Below, one piece after another: positions 50,439 through 62,207 of a stretch of DNA of 64,000 bases. This DNA is from an uncultured Gammaproteobacteria bacterium (GTDB lineage Bacteria > Pseudomonadota > Gammaproteobacteria > JAURND01). A model generated the notes under the pieces. The model did not search any database. It worked only from the letters and a program-made list of their open reading frames with translations, and had not been told where the DNA came from. Within the stretch, counting starts at the first letter, position 1; every line of letters starts with the position of its first letter. Location: contig CAVQQD010000003.1 in the NCBI GenBank assembly GCA_963714975.1, forward strand, positions 32,001-96,000. The letters are read 5' to 3'. Made by a program: the position numbers and the translations under genes.

Positions 50439-51185
50439 TTACGCGGCGCCTCGCTGCCGTACTGCTTCAAATACGCATATGCCTGTGGCTACTGAGACAT
50501 TTAAGCTACTGACTGTACCCTGCATCGGAATACGCAGTAATTGGTCGCAATGCTCGCGCGTTAACCGGCGTAGCCCTTCCCCTTCAGCCCCCAATACCAG
50601 GGCAATATTGCCTTGTAATTTCTCTTGGTACAGGGATTTCTCCGCGTCGTCGCTCAGGCCATAAACCCAAATGCCACGAGCTTGTAAGTTGCGCAACACC
50701 CGCGATAGGTTGGTCACCAGAAAAATGGCGGTCATTTCTATAGCGCCACTGGCTACCTTGTGGACAGTAGGGGTTAGGCTGGCGGATTTATCCTTGGGGA
50801 TAATGACACCATGTACCCCAGCGGCATTGGCGGTACGCAAGCAAGCACCTAAATTATGGGGATCTTGCAAGCCATCTAGGACCAATAAAAAAATCGGGGT
50901 GGTAATATTCTCCAAAAAAGGCTCTAGTTCTGCTTCAGTACCAGGAGCATATGGCACCACTTGGGCAACGATCCCTTGATGTACCGCCTGAGCAGTCCAA
51001 TGATCCAGGCTGCGATGAGAAGCTATTTGCACGGAAATATCGTGTTTTTCTGCCAAATCAATCAGCACTTGGGTACGAGGATCCCGACGTCCTTCTTGCA
51101 CAAACAACTGCCGTACCCGCTGGGGATTATTTTCTAGTACAGCGGTGATGGTATGAATACCGTATAAAAAACTAGATTTTGTCAT
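50439..51185 (-). CDS. rlmB: 23S rRNA Gm2251 methyltransferase
   Basis: LYGIH, HQG, DPHNLGACLR, GAEGEG, SLNVSVA. Confidence 0.95.
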   Translation of the reverse strand: MTKSSFLYGIHTITAVLENNPQRVRQLFVQEGRRDPRTQVLIDLAEKHDISVQIASHRSLDHWTAQAVHQGIVAQVVPYAPGTEAELEPFLENITTPIFLLVLDGLQDPHNLGACLRTANAAGVHGVIIPKDKSASLTPTVHKVASGAIEMTAIFLVTNLSRVLRNLQARGIWVYGLSDDAEKSLYQEKLQGNIALVLGAEGEGLRRLTREHCDQLLRIPMQGTVSSLNVSVATGICVFEAVRQRGAA

Positions 51186-51248
51186 AAGTCCCCCTCTCCC
51201 TAACCCTCTCCCACCTTCCCTCGCTGGCGCTCGGGCGGAGGAGAGGGG
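51186..51248. repeat. Family A-related element supplying the DedA/PAP2 C-terminus and the rlmB RBS
   Basis: Nearly identical to one arm of the 192-bp element; encodes PSPPPERQRGKVGEG*. Confidence 0.85.
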
Positions 51249-53281
51249 ATTTTTATCATAATCAGCCTCCCATCCCAGTGCAAAGACTGCATGATGGGCG
51301 GTTGTTGATTTGCGGGTACGGTGATTGTTTTATGCGGAAGGGAGCCAAGATCCTGAGTGAAAATAGCCTGGGCTTGCTCATACAACAGCCGAATTTGTTC
51401 GGGAGTTAACGATACGGCTTGCTTATGTGGTCGGGGAATATAATAACTTAAATTACCCAACCATAAGAATTCCTTAGCATCGGTTAACAATACATTCGAC
51501 TTCCATAACACAAAATTAATTTGCCGCTGCTGCGAATCCAATTTGGTCATCATCAGTACGGGAATTTGGTTTTGGTACAAGGGCAAGAATAAAGGGAGAT
51601 GCTGAACGGTATTTTTAGTATTCAGGCGGCGCAAGGTGCCTTGTAAGTCGCTATTTAAAGGATGAGTTTTCCAACCCTGGGCACTGAGTAATGCTTGAAT
51701 TTCGGGAAGTGAGCCCAGCCATTGCACATTGAGAACCGCATTAGGCTTTGCTAAACGTGATACCACGAACAAAGGAATTTCCTGAGTTTCATGTTTCCAC
51801 CAGACTGAAGTGGCCATGGATAGCTTGGGCCAATAGGGCGTATAGGCATCTTGCAAATTGCGAAAAGAAAAGCTGCCATAAACGGAGGCGATACTTAAAA
51901 TAACCACAGTAGCAAGGATACTAAGCGCCGGGCTAGTGACTGGTGTACTAGGACGAGCAAAATAAGCGATGGCTAGCGCGAGAATACAGGCCAAAGCCAA
52001 AAAAGCGCCGCCGAGTACATCGGTCAGCCAATGGGCCCCCAGATAAATACGCGAAAGTCCCACTAAGCTGACAATAATCGCCGCAGTGAGATAGGCTAAG
52101 TGGCGTCGTGTTGGCAGCCAGGTGCGAGCTACTAAGATAGCGAGGAAACCATACACCGCAACACTTAAAACCACATGGCCGCTAGGAAAAGAAGAGCTTA
52201 AATCCAGCGCTAAAATCCCTCCAGGACGAGGGGAGTAGTAGAGATATTTGATCAAATAAGCTAAAGATCCACTTAAGCTCAGAGCTGCCAGCCAATGCCA
52301 AGCCGCTCGATAATAACGCTGCCACAGTAACCATACGAAAATAATAGCGCCTGCGGGCAGTAATACCTTCTTCTCACCCAACAGCGTGGCAGCGATCATT
52401 ACATTGTTGCCGACCTGGGTGTGAATACTGCTCAATAATTGCGAGACCGGCTGGCTCAGATGCACAATGCCAAAATTGAGCACTACGCTGATAAAGATCC
52501 AGGCGAACAGCCCAAGGAATAACAGCACGAACGTCAGCAAAATAAGTTGCCGATGTCGATCTGGATCAGCAGGATTTCCCAAGAGGTGGGTAAAGCCCCG
52601 GGTCTTGGCGCATAGCTCTAAACGCTGCCAGATTTTTTGCGCCAGGACATCAATGCCTTGGGCAACTTTCTTAAATGACAGATGAATCATCACAACAAAA
52701 ATCCAGCCAAAGGCAACTAGAGCGAGTATTGATAAAATAAATTTCGTCGCAGTCGCAGGAGGTAATTCAAGAGACAAAGCGCCTACTAAAATGCCAGGAC
52801 CGACGTAAACCAATGACCACAAAAAGGCCGAGGGCAAAGCGGCAAGAATAAAGCGCAGGAGCTGCATGTGCATCAGTCCAGCAATCAGCGGCACCACGCT
52901 ACGTACCGGGCCAACGAAACGCCCGATAATGATACTCTTGCCGCCATGCTTGTAGAAAAAAGATTCCCCTAAACTAATCCAATGCGGATATTTGCGAAAA
53001 GGCCAAATATTGCGAATGCGCTCGTTATAATAACTACCGAGCCAAAAGCTAAACAAATCACCGGTGAATGCACCCAATACTGACCATGAAAAGGTCGAAA
53101 CTAGCGGCATTGCCCCACTACCAATCAAAGCGCCAATCGCTGTCATGGTCACGGAACCCGGAATGACAGTCCCTAATAATGGCAGGGATTCAGAAAAGGC
53201 AATGATGAACACCAGCAACCAACCAATATGGGGATGCTGATGCAGGTAACTTACTAAATTATGGACGATGGGAAACTCCAT
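51200..53281 (-). CDS. DedA-PAP2 fusion protein (LssY-like)
   Basis: FSESLP..G..IPG, GRFVGPVR; PRP, SFPSGH, SRIYLGAHWLTDV. Confidence 0.85.
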   Translation of the reverse strand: MEFPIVHNLVSYLHQHPHIGWLLVFIIAFSESLPLLGTVIPGSVTMTAIGALIGSGAMPLVSTFSWSVLGAFTGDLFSFWLGSYYNERIRNIWPFRKYPHWISLGESFFYKHGGKSIIIGRFVGPVRSVVPLIAGLMHMQLLRFILAALPSAFLWSLVYVGPGILVGALSLELPPATATKFILSILALVAFGWIFVVMIHLSFKKVAQGIDVLAQKIWQRLELCAKTRGFTHLLGNPADPDRHRQLILLTFVLLFLGLFAWIFISVVLNFGIVHLSQPVSQLLSSIHTQVGNNVMIAATLLGEKKVLLPAGAIIFVWLLWQRYYRAAWHWLAALSLSGSLAYLIKYLYYSPRPGGILALDLSSSFPSGHVVLSVAVYGFLAILVARTWLPTRRHLAYLTAAIIVSLVGLSRIYLGAHWLTDVLGGAFLALACILALAIAYFARPSTPVTSPALSILATVVILSIASVYGSFSFRNLQDAYTPYWPKLSMATSVWWKHETQEIPLFVVSRLAKPNAVLNVQWLGSLPEIQALLSAQGWKTHPLNSDLQGTLRRLNTKNTVQHLPLFLPLYQNQIPVLMMTKLDSQQRQINFVLWKSNVLLTDAKEFLWLGNLSYYIPRPHKQAVSLTPEQIRLLYEQAQAIFTQDLGSLPHKTITVPANQQPPIMQSLHWDGRLIMIKIPSPPPERQRGKVGEG

Positions 53282-53283
53282 GC

Positions 53284-54216
53284 TTACGAGACCTTTTCCC
53301 CAGCAGCTTGTCTATCTGCATGATAAGAAGAACGTACTAATGGCCCGCTGGCGACTTGTGAAAAGCCCAGGTTTTGGGCTAGTTCGCCGAGTGCTGCAAA
53401 TTCGGCCGGAGTCACATAACGCAGCACAGGGGCATGATAGCGGCTTGGTGCTAAATATTGGCCAATGGTCAGCATGTCCACTTGGTGAGCACGTAGATCC
53501 GCCAAGGTTTGTTCTACCTCTTGCAGTGTTTCCCCGAGGCCCAACATAATCCCTGATTTGGTGGGAATATGTGGGAACAAGCGTTTGTGTTCCTGTAATA
53601 GCTGTAGCGACCAGGCGTAATCGGAACCCGGGCGAATTGCTTTGTAGAGTCGAGGAACGGTTTCGATATTATGGTTCAATACATCGGCCGGGGCTTTAGC
53701 TAATTCTTCCAGTGCCTTGGCCATGCGGCCACGAAAATCAGGCACGAGGGTTTCAATTTTGATGCCAGGACTCTGGAGTCGTACTGCACGCACGCACGCT
53801 GCAAAGTGGGCCGCGCCACCATCACGCAGATCATCACGATCGACGGAGGTAATCACGACATATTTTAATTCCATGGCTAGGATGGTTTGGGCCAAATTAT
53901 CTGGCTCCTTGGGATCTAGAGGGTCAGGACGGCCATGGGCCACATCACAAAACGCGCAACGGCGGGTACATTTGTCGCCCATAATCATAAAAGTGGCGGT
54001 ACCATGGCTAAAACATTCCGGTAAGTTGGGGCAAGAGGCCTCTTCACACACGGTCTTGAGGTGATTGGCGCGCAGCAATTTTTTGAGACGAGGAATGCTA
54101 TTATCCAGCGGCAATTTAACCCGCAACCAAAGCGGCTTTTTGAGCGGTGGATCATCAGAGGAGATAATTTTTACTGGAATACGTCGGAGTTTGTCTGCTG
54201 CTCGTTGTTTAGTCAT
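53284..54216 (-). CDS. lipA: Lipoyl synthase
   Basis: [27 protein letters not shown]. Confidence 0.96.
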   Translation of the reverse strand: MTKQRAADKLRRIPVKIISSDDPPLKKPLWLRVKLPLDNSIPRLKKLLRANHLKTVCEEASCPNLPECFSHGTATFMIMGDKCTRRCAFCDVAHGRPDPLDPKEPDNLAQTILAMELKYVVITSVDRDDLRDGGAAHFAACVRAVRLQSPGIKIETLVPDFRGRMAKALEELAKAPADVLNHNIETVPRLYKAIRPGSDYAWSLQLLQEHKRLFPHIPTKSGIMLGLGETLQEVEQTLADLRAHQVDMLTIGQYLAPSRYHAPVLRYVTPAEFAALGELAQNLGFSQVASGPLVRSSYHADRQAAGEKVS

Positions 54217-54223
54217 AAAAACC

Positions 54224-54892
54224 TCAAGTCCCCTCTCCCCCAACCGTTTTTGTTGGTGGGAGAGGGTTAGGGAGAGGGGTATACCCAAAATTAGCCATAA
54301 TATGCTTAAGTAATCCAGGTGCTACGGCTGCTATTTCGATTTTGCCAATGAGCTCGCTGAGCTGAGTAATACGTAAATTTTTGTAGCCGCAGGGGTTAAT
54401 CCGCTGAAAAGGTTCTAAATCCATATTTATATTAAACGCGATTCCATGATATGAACAGCCTTTTCGCACTCGTAAGCCGATAGAACAAATTTTGGCTCCC
54501 TGCACATACACTCCAGGGGCCGCTTCGTTGTTTTCTGCCTGAATAGTATAATCGGCCAGGAGGTCGATGATCGATTTTTCTAACCTACGCACCATCTGCC
54601 GAATGCCGATTTTTAAGCGCCGTAAATCAAGTAGCGCATAGGCCACCAGTTGGCCTGGCCCATGATAAGTCACCTGCCCACCTCGATCAGTCGCAATGAC
54701 CGGAATTGATCCAGGATTTAAGACATGCTCTGCTTTTCCCGCCAGCCCTTGGGTGAATACCGCCGGATGCTCAAGCAGCCAGAGTTCGTCCGGGGTTTGT
54801 GCATCACGCTGTTCGGTGAAATCTTGCATTCGTTGGCAAGTCTGCTGGTAATCTTGCAGACCAAGGCGGCGAATAATAAGCTTGTGGGTCAT
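54224..54892 (-). CDS. lipB: Octanoyltransferase, repeat-derived C-terminus
   Basis: [34 protein letters not shown]; ends [17 protein letters not shown]. Confidence 0.95.
   Translation of the reverse strand: MTHKLIIRRLGLQDYQQTCQRMQDFTEQRDAQTPDELWLLEHPAVFTQGLAGKAEHVLNPGSIPVIATDRGGQVTYHGPGQLVAYALLDLRRLKIGIRQMVRRLEKSIIDLLADYTIQAENNEAAPGVYVQGAKICSIGLRVRKGCSYHGIAFNINMDLEPFQRINPCGYKNLRITQLSELIGKIEIAAVAPGLLKHIMANFGYTPLPNPLPPTKTVGGEGT
54226..54280. repeat. Family A-related element at the lipB/lipA junction
   Basis: aagtcccctctccccc...gggagagggttagggagagggg. Confidence 0.8.
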
Positions 54893-54950
54893 ATCACTGC
54901 ATCCTTCAAGCCGCGCTAAACAAGTAGCGGCGCGGGGGGCCATAGCCAAA

Positions 54951-55035
54951 GGGGTGACCCGCGCAGGGTCAACAACGCCGCGCGCAGCGTGCGAGCACGG
55001 CGGGTTGCCCGCGCGGCAGGACCCCGAAGGCGGGC
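54951..55035. repeat. Family B GC-rich element core between lipB and dat
   Basis: Reverse complement of the rsmB insert core. Confidence 0.8.
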
Positions 55036-55055
55036 GGGTGGTGCCCCGCGCCAGG

Positions 55056-55922
55056 TTATGAAGCGGAGGTATTCTTATACCCCTGATAAAGCTGTAACAT
55101 CCGCAACGAGATTGGTCCGACCTTGCCGTTTCCGATCACCGAATTATTGATGCGCACGATGGGTAAGACTTCTTTGATGGAACCGGTCATCCATACCTCG
55201 TCTGCTGCAAACAAACTGGCTTCAGGAATAGACTCTTCACGGAAGGGCAAATGATTTTTTTCTGCCAACTGCAGCAACAAATTACGAGTGACTCCAGGTA
55301 AAATCTCATGCGTAGTTGGGGGAGTGATAATGACGCCCTCTTTGACGATGAATAAATTACTAATGGCACCCTCTATTGCCATCCCGTCGCGAATTAAAAT
55401 AGCTTCTTTGGCATGGGCTGCTTTGGCCTGTTGGGCCAACAGTACATTGGGCAATAAGGAAATAGCTTTAATATGACACCACTGCCAACGAATATCTGGC
55501 ACGGTAATAGCCCGGGCGCCTTTCTCTAATTCTGCTGCTGTGCTTGGGCTGGTCTCTGAACATTGCATAAAAAATGTCGGCGGCACTTTGACTGGAAAAC
55601 AATGCTCGCGATTTTCAGCAGCTCCGCGGGTTATTTGAATATAAATAGCGCGGTCAGCCCCTTGTTCTGGATTGCGCAGCATGAGTTGCTGGCACAAGGA
55701 AATAATCTGCCCATCCTCTTGGCCAAATGGCAGATTAATTGCCGCTAAACTGTTACGCAAGCGTTGCAAATGTTCCTTGGCCAAAAACAGCTGATGATTA
55801 AATACTGGAATTATTTCGTAAACGCCATCGCCAAATAAAAAGCCACGATCCATCACCGAAATATACGCTTTATCTACGGGTAAAAATTCCCCGTTTAAAA
55901 AAACTATGCGTGACGTGGTCAT
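55056..55922 (-). CDS. dat: D-amino acid aminotransferase (class IV)
   Basis: DRGFLFGDGVYE, DIRW..C.IK.I.LL.N, ILPGVTR. Confidence 0.88.
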   Translation of the reverse strand: MTTSRIVFLNGEFLPVDKAYISVMDRGFLFGDGVYEIIPVFNHQLFLAKEHLQRLRNSLAAINLPFGQEDGQIISLCQQLMLRNPEQGADRAIYIQITRGAAENREHCFPVKVPPTFFMQCSETSPSTAAELEKGARAITVPDIRWQWCHIKAISLLPNVLLAQQAKAAHAKEAILIRDGMAIEGAISNLFIVKEGVIITPPTTHEILPGVTRNLLLQLAEKNHLPFREESIPEASLFAADEVWMTGSIKEVLPIVRINNSVIGNGKVGPISLRMLQLYQGYKNTSAS

Positions 55923-57322
55923 GCTGAATGAAACCAGCGTTGAAACAGCAGTGAAACATGGTCAAATAACCGACTTAACATCCACGCTTGGGGATTGTTT
56001 TGCAGTGCCACCAAGGGTTGTGAAGAGATGACTTGGTTATTGAGTACCACATCCATTTGGCCATAGCCCTGTCCCTTGATAATCGGGGCACTAAAGGGTT
56101 TGGCCACATTGGCTACTGTATTCACTTGCTTGATATCTTGTCCCACCGGTAGGGTGACATAAAGGTCTTGAGCTAAACCCAGGGGGGTATTTTTGTCTTT
56201 TCCATACCAAGTGCGTTGGTTCACTACCTGGGTATTTTGGGCATAAAGTTTGCGGGTTTGGAAGAAACGAAATCCGTAATTAAATAAGGCTTCAATATCG
56301 TTAGCGCGTTGCTTGGTGCTGGGGGAACCCATGACGACCGCGATCAGGCGCATATTGCCTCGTTTAGCAGACGCAACTAAACAATAGCCAGCGTCATCAG
56401 TAAAACCAGTTTTTAAACCGTCAACCGAAGGATCTCGCCACAATAAGAGATTGCGATTGGGCTGTTTGATATTGTTATAGAACATCCATTTTTGGCTATA
56501 CCATTTATAGTCGTTCGGGTAATTTTGGATAATGGCGCGAGATAAAATGGCCAAATCGAAAGGGCTAGTATAGTTTTGGGGATCAGGTAACCCAGTCGCA
56601 TCGGCATAGTGAGTTTTCTGCATACCCAGTTGAGCTGCGGTTTTATTCATCAGGTCGACAAAAGAGCCTTCAGTGCCAGCAATATGCTCGGCAAGCGCAA
56701 TCGAGGCGTCATTTCCGGAAGCGACCACGATGCCATTGACTAAGTCACTGACCGGAACTTGGGTGCCAACTTGAATAAACATCCGTGACCCGCCGGTACG
56801 CCAAGCATTTTCGCTGGTCATCACTAAGTCAGTTAATTTGACGCGCCCACTTTTTATTACTCCCGAGACGACGTACATGGTCATCAGCTTGGTTAAACTG
56901 GCCGGTGGCGCCGGGACATCAGCATTTTTTTGGGTGATGATGTAGCCGCTATCCGCATCAATCAGTAAGTAATTTCTCGCATTGACTTGCGGTGGGATGG
57001 GGACAATGTTCGGTGTTTTAGCCTTGGGAACGGGAGTTGCAGCGGGCACAGGGGCTTGGAAGCTCTTGGCCGCAGGGGAAGGAACAAAGGCGGCAGTAGG
57101 CGCTGGAGCCGCGGAGGCTGTCGCTAACTTTGCGTCTGTTGGTTTTGTTTCGGCTGATGTTGATTCTGAGGCGTCCGGAGCTTTCGCCCCGCTGCTCCCA
57201 CTGAGCATCGGTAAAATACCAGCGCCGCCGCTAGAAGATGAGGAGGGTTGGGTTTCAGCCAAGGTGCTAAAACTCATTAAGCCAGCCAGACAGGCCACGC
57301 CGAGTATCTTGATAACTTTCAT
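55919..57322 (-). CDS. dacA: D-alanyl-D-alanine carboxypeptidase with long S/A/P-rich N-terminal linker
   Basis: ASLTK, SGN, KTG motifs. Confidence 0.9.
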   Translation of the reverse strand: MKVIKILGVACLAGLMSFSTLAETQPSSSSSGGAGILPMLSGSSGAKAPDASESTSAETKPTDAKLATASAAPAPTAAFVPSPAAKSFQAPVPAATPVPKAKTPNIVPIPPQVNARNYLLIDADSGYIITQKNADVPAPPASLTKLMTMYVVSGVIKSGRVKLTDLVMTSENAWRTGGSRMFIQVGTQVPVSDLVNGIVVASGNDASIALAEHIAGTEGSFVDLMNKTAAQLGMQKTHYADATGLPDPQNYTSPFDLAILSRAIIQNYPNDYKWYSQKWMFYNNIKQPNRNLLLWRDPSVDGLKTGFTDDAGYCLVASAKRGNMRLIAVVMGSPSTKQRANDIEALFNYGFRFFQTRKLYAQNTQVVNQRTWYGKDKNTPLGLAQDLYVTLPVGQDIKQVNTVANVAKPFSAPIIKGQGYGQMDVVLNNQVISSQPLVALQNNPQAWMLSRLFDHVSLLFQRWFHSA

Positions 57323-57340
57323 ATTGGAGATCCTTTTAGA

Positions 57341-57859
57341 TTAAATAGCGGTCACCCGCACGTAGGCAGTTCCTTTACTGGTATAACCAAGTTGTTTTGC
57401 TGCTGCATAAGAAAGATCGATGATGCGTTGGGAATGAAAGGGGCCTCGATCATTGATTTTGACCACCACGCTGCGTCCGTTTTCTAAGTTGGTCACTCGT
57501 ACATAGGAAGGGATGGGTAGCGTAGTGCTAGCGGCGGTCAGGCTGTACATATTATAGCGCTCTCTGCTGGAGGTACGATGGCCATGGAATCTATTGCCAT
57601 ACCAAGAGGCATAACCTTTTCGATCGTAGCCCTTGGCATTGTTCATCACATAATAACGCTTGCGCCCAACTCGGTAGGAGGTGGGGTTACCGTATTTGCC
57701 GCGAGGCTCTGCTTTGGGAACTGCACCGGGGATAGCTTGAGCATTAAAATAACCCGATGTGCCGTAACCATTGATGCTACTACAACCACTTATCAGCAGC
57801 ACCGTCAAGGCAAAAATCACCAAACCACGCAGTTTCACGAAGGCTCTTTTAATTTTCAT
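57341..57859 (-). CDS. rlpA: Septal ring lytic transglycosylase RlpA family lipoprotein (no SPOR domain)
   Basis: ISGC lipobox, GYASWYG, INDRGPF, IIDLSYAAA. Confidence 0.88.
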   Translation of the reverse strand: MKIKRAFVKLRGLVIFALTVLLISGCSSINGYGTSGYFNAQAIPGAVPKAEPRGKYGNPTSYRVGRKRYYVMNNAKGYDRKGYASWYGNRFHGHRTSSRERYNMYSLTAASTTLPIPSYVRVTNLENGRSVVVKINDRGPFHSQRIIDLSYAAAKQLGYTSKGTAYVRVTAI

Positions 57860-57915
57860 GGAGCCAAAAGATAAAGGTTCTTGCGCCAAAGGTCAAGTCT
57901 CATGTCGAAGAGGGG

Positions 57916-58875
57916 CTAAGCCCTAACGCCGTATTTCATTAACCGTTCATAGCGGCGCTCCAGCAAATCTTTGGTGCTTAAGCGCTGTAAGTTTGCAATG
58001 CTCGAGGATAAAACTCCCTTCAAAGTTTGTGCCATTTGTTCTATATCGCGATGCGCTCCGCCTAAGGGTTCTTTGATGATTTTATCAATGAGTCCTAATT
58101 TACTGAGACGTTCGGCCGTCACACCCATATTTTCAGCGGCTTCAGGGGCTCGATCGGCACTTTTCCATAAAATAGATGCACAACCTTCCGGAGAAATAAC
58201 TGAATAAATGCTGTATTCCAACATGAAAAGGCTATCACCAAAGCCAATCGCTAAAGCTCCCCCAGAACCGCCTTCGCCAGTGACCACACAAATAATCGGG
58301 GTTTTTAAGCGTGAGATGACAAATAAATTGCGGGCGATTGCTTCACTTTGGTTGCGTTCTTCAGCATCAATGCCTGGGTAGGCGCCTGGAGTATCGATAA
58401 AAGTAATGACCGGCAGCTTGAAGCGTTCTGCCAGCTCCATGAGACGTAATGCCTTGCGATAATCCTCAGGCTTGGGCATACCAAAATTACGCTCTACCTT
58501 TTCTTTGGTCGTGCGCCCTTTTTGGTGTCCTAGTATCATCACTGGCTCACATTCCAGCCGTGCCAAACCGCCGACGATGGTAAATCCGCTAGAAAAATGG
58601 CGATCCCCATGCAGTTCGTCGAAATCAGTAAAAATGCGGGCGACATATTCTAAAAAATTGGGGCGTAAGGGATGGCGTGCCATTTGGACAATTTGTGCTG
58701 AGGTGAGTTGCGCAAATATGCTGCGAGTTAAATCTCTGCTCTTGGCTTCCAGGCGGGAGATTTCTTCGTAAATATTGATTTCGGAGTCAGCACCCACATG
58801 GCGCAGCTCTTCGATCTTGGCTTCCAGCTCAGCAATTGGCCGCTCAAAATCGAGGAAATTTAAATTATTCATCAT
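57916..58875 (-). CDS. accA: Acetyl-CoA carboxylase carboxyltransferase alpha
   Basis: [40 protein letters not shown]. Confidence 0.96.
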   Translation of the reverse strand: MMNNLNFLDFERPIAELEAKIEELRHVGADSEINIYEEISRLEAKSRDLTRSIFAQLTSAQIVQMARHPLRPNFLEYVARIFTDFDELHGDRHFSSGFTIVGGLARLECEPVMILGHQKGRTTKEKVERNFGMPKPEDYRKALRLMELAERFKLPVITFIDTPGAYPGIDAEERNQSEAIARNLFVISRLKTPIICVVTGEGGSGGALAIGFGDSLFMLEYSIYSVISPEGCASILWKSADRAPEAAENMGVTAERLSKLGLIDKIIKEPLGGAHRDIEQMAQTLKGVLSSSIANLQRLSTKDLLERRYERLMKYGVRA

Positions 58876-58960
58876 TACTGCTCCCATTTTATAAGGGCGG
58901 TATGATAGCATTGTGGTCGTTGAATTGTCACTTGCGCAATGGGAAAGCACCAGGTTTGGC

Positions 58961-59010
58961 TCACCTCTCATCCGGCCTGCGGTCACCTTCTCCCACAAGG
59001 GGAGGAAGAA
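58961..59010. repeat. Family A half element in accA-hldE intergenic region
   Basis: ctctcatccggcctgcggtcaccttctcccacaagggg. Confidence 0.75.
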
Positions 59011-59043
59011 TAATGTCGATGGTTTATATGTTGGAATTTTTTT

Positions 59044-60480
59044 ATGCGAATTGAGATTCCTCATTATGATGATGTACGCATCCTAGTTATTGGCGATGTG
59101 ATGCTGGACCGCTATTGGCATGGCCAAGCGGGGCGCATTTCTCCTGAAGCGCCAGTACCGGTATTGCATGTGACCCATCAGCTAGAACGAGCCGGGGGTG
59201 CAGGTAATGTCGCATTGAATCTGCACGCGCTAGGCTGTCACGTGAAATTGCTGAGTATCATCGGTGATGACCATGCCGGCGCCATATTGAAAAATGAACT
59301 ACAACAAGCGGGAATTGATTATACCCTGGAGCCGGTGGCCGGATGGGATACGATCACCAAAGTTCGGGTGTTGGGGCGCAATCAACAATTAGTCCGGGTT
59401 GATTTTGAACAACCCATAAAAGCGGCCAAAACAGACTGTTTACTCACCTATGCTCAAGCTCACATCCACGACGCCAATATATTGGTGTTATCGGATTATG
59501 CTAAGGGCGCCTTGCAACAAGCTCCCGCCATGATTGCCTTGGCTAAAGCGGCCGGTGTGCCAATTTTAATTGATCCCAAGAGTAGCGACTTCAGTGTGTA
59601 TCGGGGCGCGACTTTAGTGACCCCTAATTTAAAAGAATTTGAAGCGGTGGTGGGCTCCTGTGCTAACCAGCAGGATTTGATAGAAAAGGGTTATGCCTTA
59701 ATGCGAGCCCATGATATCAATGCCCTGCTAGTGACCCAAGGTGAACAGGGCATGACTTTGTTGCAACAAGGCCAACTGCCTGTTTACCTACCCACCCGCG
59801 CGCAAGAAGTATATGACGTCACGGGAGCTGGCGATACCGTAATTGCGGTTTTGGCTGCTAGCCTAGCTGCGGGGGAATCTTTAGAAATTAGTGCCACGCT
59901 AGCTAACATTGCCGCAGGAATTGTCATTCGAAAACTCGGGGCTGCGAGTGTTTCTGTACCTGAATTGCGTCGAGCCTTACAGCGCTTGCAAGGCTCGGCT
60001 TTTGGGATATTAAAAGAAGAAGAATTATTAATTGCTGTCGAAGATGCCCGTGCCCATGGCGAAAAAATTGTCATGACTAATGGCTGTTTTGATATCTTAC
60101 ATGCCGGCCATATTGAGTATTTAGAGCAAGCGCGGGAGCTTGGGCATCGCCTCATTGTGGCCATTAATGATGATGCTTCAGTGCAGCGACTGAAAGGATC
60201 TTCGCGCCCGATTAATCCTTTGGCGGCACGAATGGCGGTGATTTCAGCATTACGCGCGGTCGACTGGGTAGTGCCTTTTACTGAAGATACTCCACAGCGC
60301 TTAATTTCCTGCGTCAAGCCAGATATTTTGGTCAAAGGTGCGGATTACCAAATTCACGAAATTGCTGGAGCTGCCGAAGTTATTGCGGCTGGTGGTATCG
60401 TTAAGACTTTGCCTTTAAAACCTGATCATTCGACTTCGGGGATTATTCGGAGAGTCCAAGCGGGGGGGTATTATATTTGA
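59044..60480 (+). CDS. hldE: Bifunctional heptose kinase/adenylyltransferase
   Basis: [36 protein letters not shown]. Confidence 0.96.
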   Translation: MRIEIPHYDDVRILVIGDVMLDRYWHGQAGRISPEAPVPVLHVTHQLERAGGAGNVALNLHALGCHVKLLSIIGDDHAGAILKNELQQAGIDYTLEPVAGWDTITKVRVLGRNQQLVRVDFEQPIKAAKTDCLLTYAQAHIHDANILVLSDYAKGALQQAPAMIALAKAAGVPILIDPKSSDFSVYRGATLVTPNLKEFEAVVGSCANQQDLIEKGYALMRAHDINALLVTQGEQGMTLLQQGQLPVYLPTRAQEVYDVTGAGDTVIAVLAASLAAGESLEISATLANIAAGIVIRKLGAASVSVPELRRALQRLQGSAFGILKEEELLIAVEDARAHGEKIVMTNGCFDILHAGHIEYLEQARELGHRLIVAINDDASVQRLKGSSRPINPLAARMAVISALRAVDWVVPFTEDTPQRLISCVKPDILVKGADYQIHEIAGAAEVIAAGGIVKTLPLKPDHSTSGIIRRVQAGGYYI

Positions 60481-61271
60481 AACTCCGAAAAAACCCCTTC
60501 TGCAACCCACTGCCTTAAATTTTCTGCAGCAAACAAAACGACCTTATCTTCCTCCATAAATTGGCATAAGGTATCGCAGACCTCGGCAAAAGTTTGGCCC
60601 CCCTGGACAGCCGTCAACATCCGATATTGTTCTGGCGATAAAGAGCGAAATAGTACCCGAAGATCAAAGCGCCAAATTAACCAGGGCTCTGGAGAGTCGG
60701 TATGGATTAGTTCGGGTCTTGCTACGGTTGCTTGCTCTTCTTCCTCTTCGGCTTCTTTTTGTAAAGCATTGACGAGCTCGGGGGTTGGATAAGCGAAGCC
60801 GAGGATTTGTGTAGAAGGATGCAATTTTAAGCTCAATTGCCCCCAACTTTCCGGGTTCAATTTCGCTAATTCATCAAAGGTTAAATGAGGCCCGTCTGCT
60901 GCATCCATCGAGTTTTCAATCGCCCATTCATAGGCTGTTATTTCAACCAATAGTGGATCGGAGTCAGGATGAGTGGTTAAAAATTTACTAAAATGGCGAC
61001 CAAAATAACGGATAGAAAAATGGTTAGAGGGATAGCTGCTAATATAATCGCGGCCAAAACGTTCAAATAATTCATCCCCCACAAAAGTGTGGAGAGCGCC
61101 GAAATTTTTGTATAGCAGTTCAAGCAAACGTAAAGAATAACCCTCGTGATACACGTCCATGCGTCGCTGACGAAATGCTTGATCTTCTCCCGCGATTTCT
61201 GCGGTGATGGTGTTTTCTTTATCTAATACATAGGATTGGAACTGTTCAAAAGTCTCCTGTAAGCGACTCAT
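60471..61271 (-). CDS. DUF2063 family MNIO partner protein
   Basis: RMDVY..GY..RL, YP, EWA; ATGA overlap with DUF692 gene. Confidence 0.85.
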   Translation of the reverse strand: MSRLQETFEQFQSYVLDKENTITAEIAGEDQAFRQRRMDVYHEGYSLRLLELLYKNFGALHTFVGDELFERFGRDYISSYPSNHFSIRYFGRHFSKFLTTHPDSDPLLVEITAYEWAIENSMDAADGPHLTFDELAKLNPESWGQLSLKLHPSTQILGFAYPTPELVNALQKEAEEEEEQATVARPELIHTDSPEPWLIWRFDLRVLFRSLSPEQYRMLTAVQGGQTFAEVCDTLCQFMEEDKVVLFAAENLRQWVAEGVFSEFQI

Positions 61272-62110
61272 GCGACCTCCACGGGTTTTTCCAAAACTTT
61301 TCGTGCTAGAGATCGTGCTTGGTTAAGTTCCAGCAATAATTCTTCAAGAGGGGGGATGTTATCGTCGCGCTCAATCAAAGTAGAGACCGGGCCAAAATGT
61401 TTTAATGCTACTTCGTAGAGGCTCCAGACGTCAGGAATAATCGGTTCATCATGGGTATCGACAATATGGGTTCCACAGTTCGTATGGCCTGCCAAATGAA
61501 ATTGTTTCACTCGATGTGCAGGCACGCCTTTAATAAATTCAACTGGGTCAAAATGATGGTTAAAGGAGCTGACAAAAATATTGTTTATATCCAATAAAAG
61601 ATTGCAATCGGCTTGCTCGCTCACTGCGGTGATAAACTCCCACTCAGTCATGGTCGATTGTGCATAGGTCACATAAGTGGAAACATTTTCTAAGAGAATT
61701 TGTCGCCCCAGAAAATCTTGTACTTGTGAGATGCGACTTACCAAGTGTTTGATGGATTCTTCTGTATAAGGTATGGGTAGTAAATCATGTAAATTAATAC
61801 CGTGGGCGCCTGTCCAACAAAAGTGATCTGAGATCCATGCTGGTTGAATACGATCGGCTAAATTTCGTACCTGTTGCAAGTAATCTCGATCCAGTGGATC
61901 TATCCCACCAATAGAAAGAGAAACTCCGTGCATCACGATAGGATAGCGTTCACGAACACGATTGAGATAATAAATGGGTCTGCCGCCAGGAACTAAAAAA
62001 TCTTCAGTGATAATTTCAAACCAATCAATCGGGGACTCGGTATTGAGAATGTCTTGATAGTGTGAAGGTCTTAATCCTAAGCCAAAACCAAGATAGGGAA
62101 AATTTTGCAT
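61268..62110 (-). CDS. DUF692 multinuclear non-heme iron oxidative enzyme (MNIO)
   Basis: GLGLR, HGVSLS, SDH, LEN, LLDINN, HLAGH, DTH, IERD. Confidence 0.93.
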   Translation of the reverse strand: MQNFPYLGFGLGLRPSHYQDILNTESPIDWFEIITEDFLVPGGRPIYYLNRVRERYPIVMHGVSLSIGGIDPLDRDYLQQVRNLADRIQPAWISDHFCWTGAHGINLHDLLPIPYTEESIKHLVSRISQVQDFLGRQILLENVSTYVTYAQSTMTEWEFITAVSEQADCNLLLDINNIFVSSFNHHFDPVEFIKGVPAHRVKQFHLAGHTNCGTHIVDTHDEPIIPDVWSLYEVALKHFGPVSTLIERDDNIPPLEELLLELNQARSLARKVLEKPVEVA

Positions 62111-62137
62111 GAAATTATCTTAACAAGGTACGGAAAT

Positions 62138-62169
62138 AAAAGCCGGATATCATAAGATACCCGGCTTTT
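62138..62169 (-). terminator. Intrinsic terminator/stabilising hairpin between precursor and MNIO gene
   Basis: aaaagccgggtatc-ttat-gatatccggctttt on the minus strand. Confidence 0.65.
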
Positions 62170-62207
62170 CAAACAGGCACTTGCCTGTTTTTAACTTAAA
62201 GCTATCT

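Noticed and set aside
58876-59064. Long N-terminal extensions in the ORF track (accA; also lipA, lipB, ubiE, pntAA, pntB, nfeD, precursor start 62603)
   Set aside because: Downstream starts match family N-termini and mostly have RBSs; extensions run through repeats or neighbouring genes.
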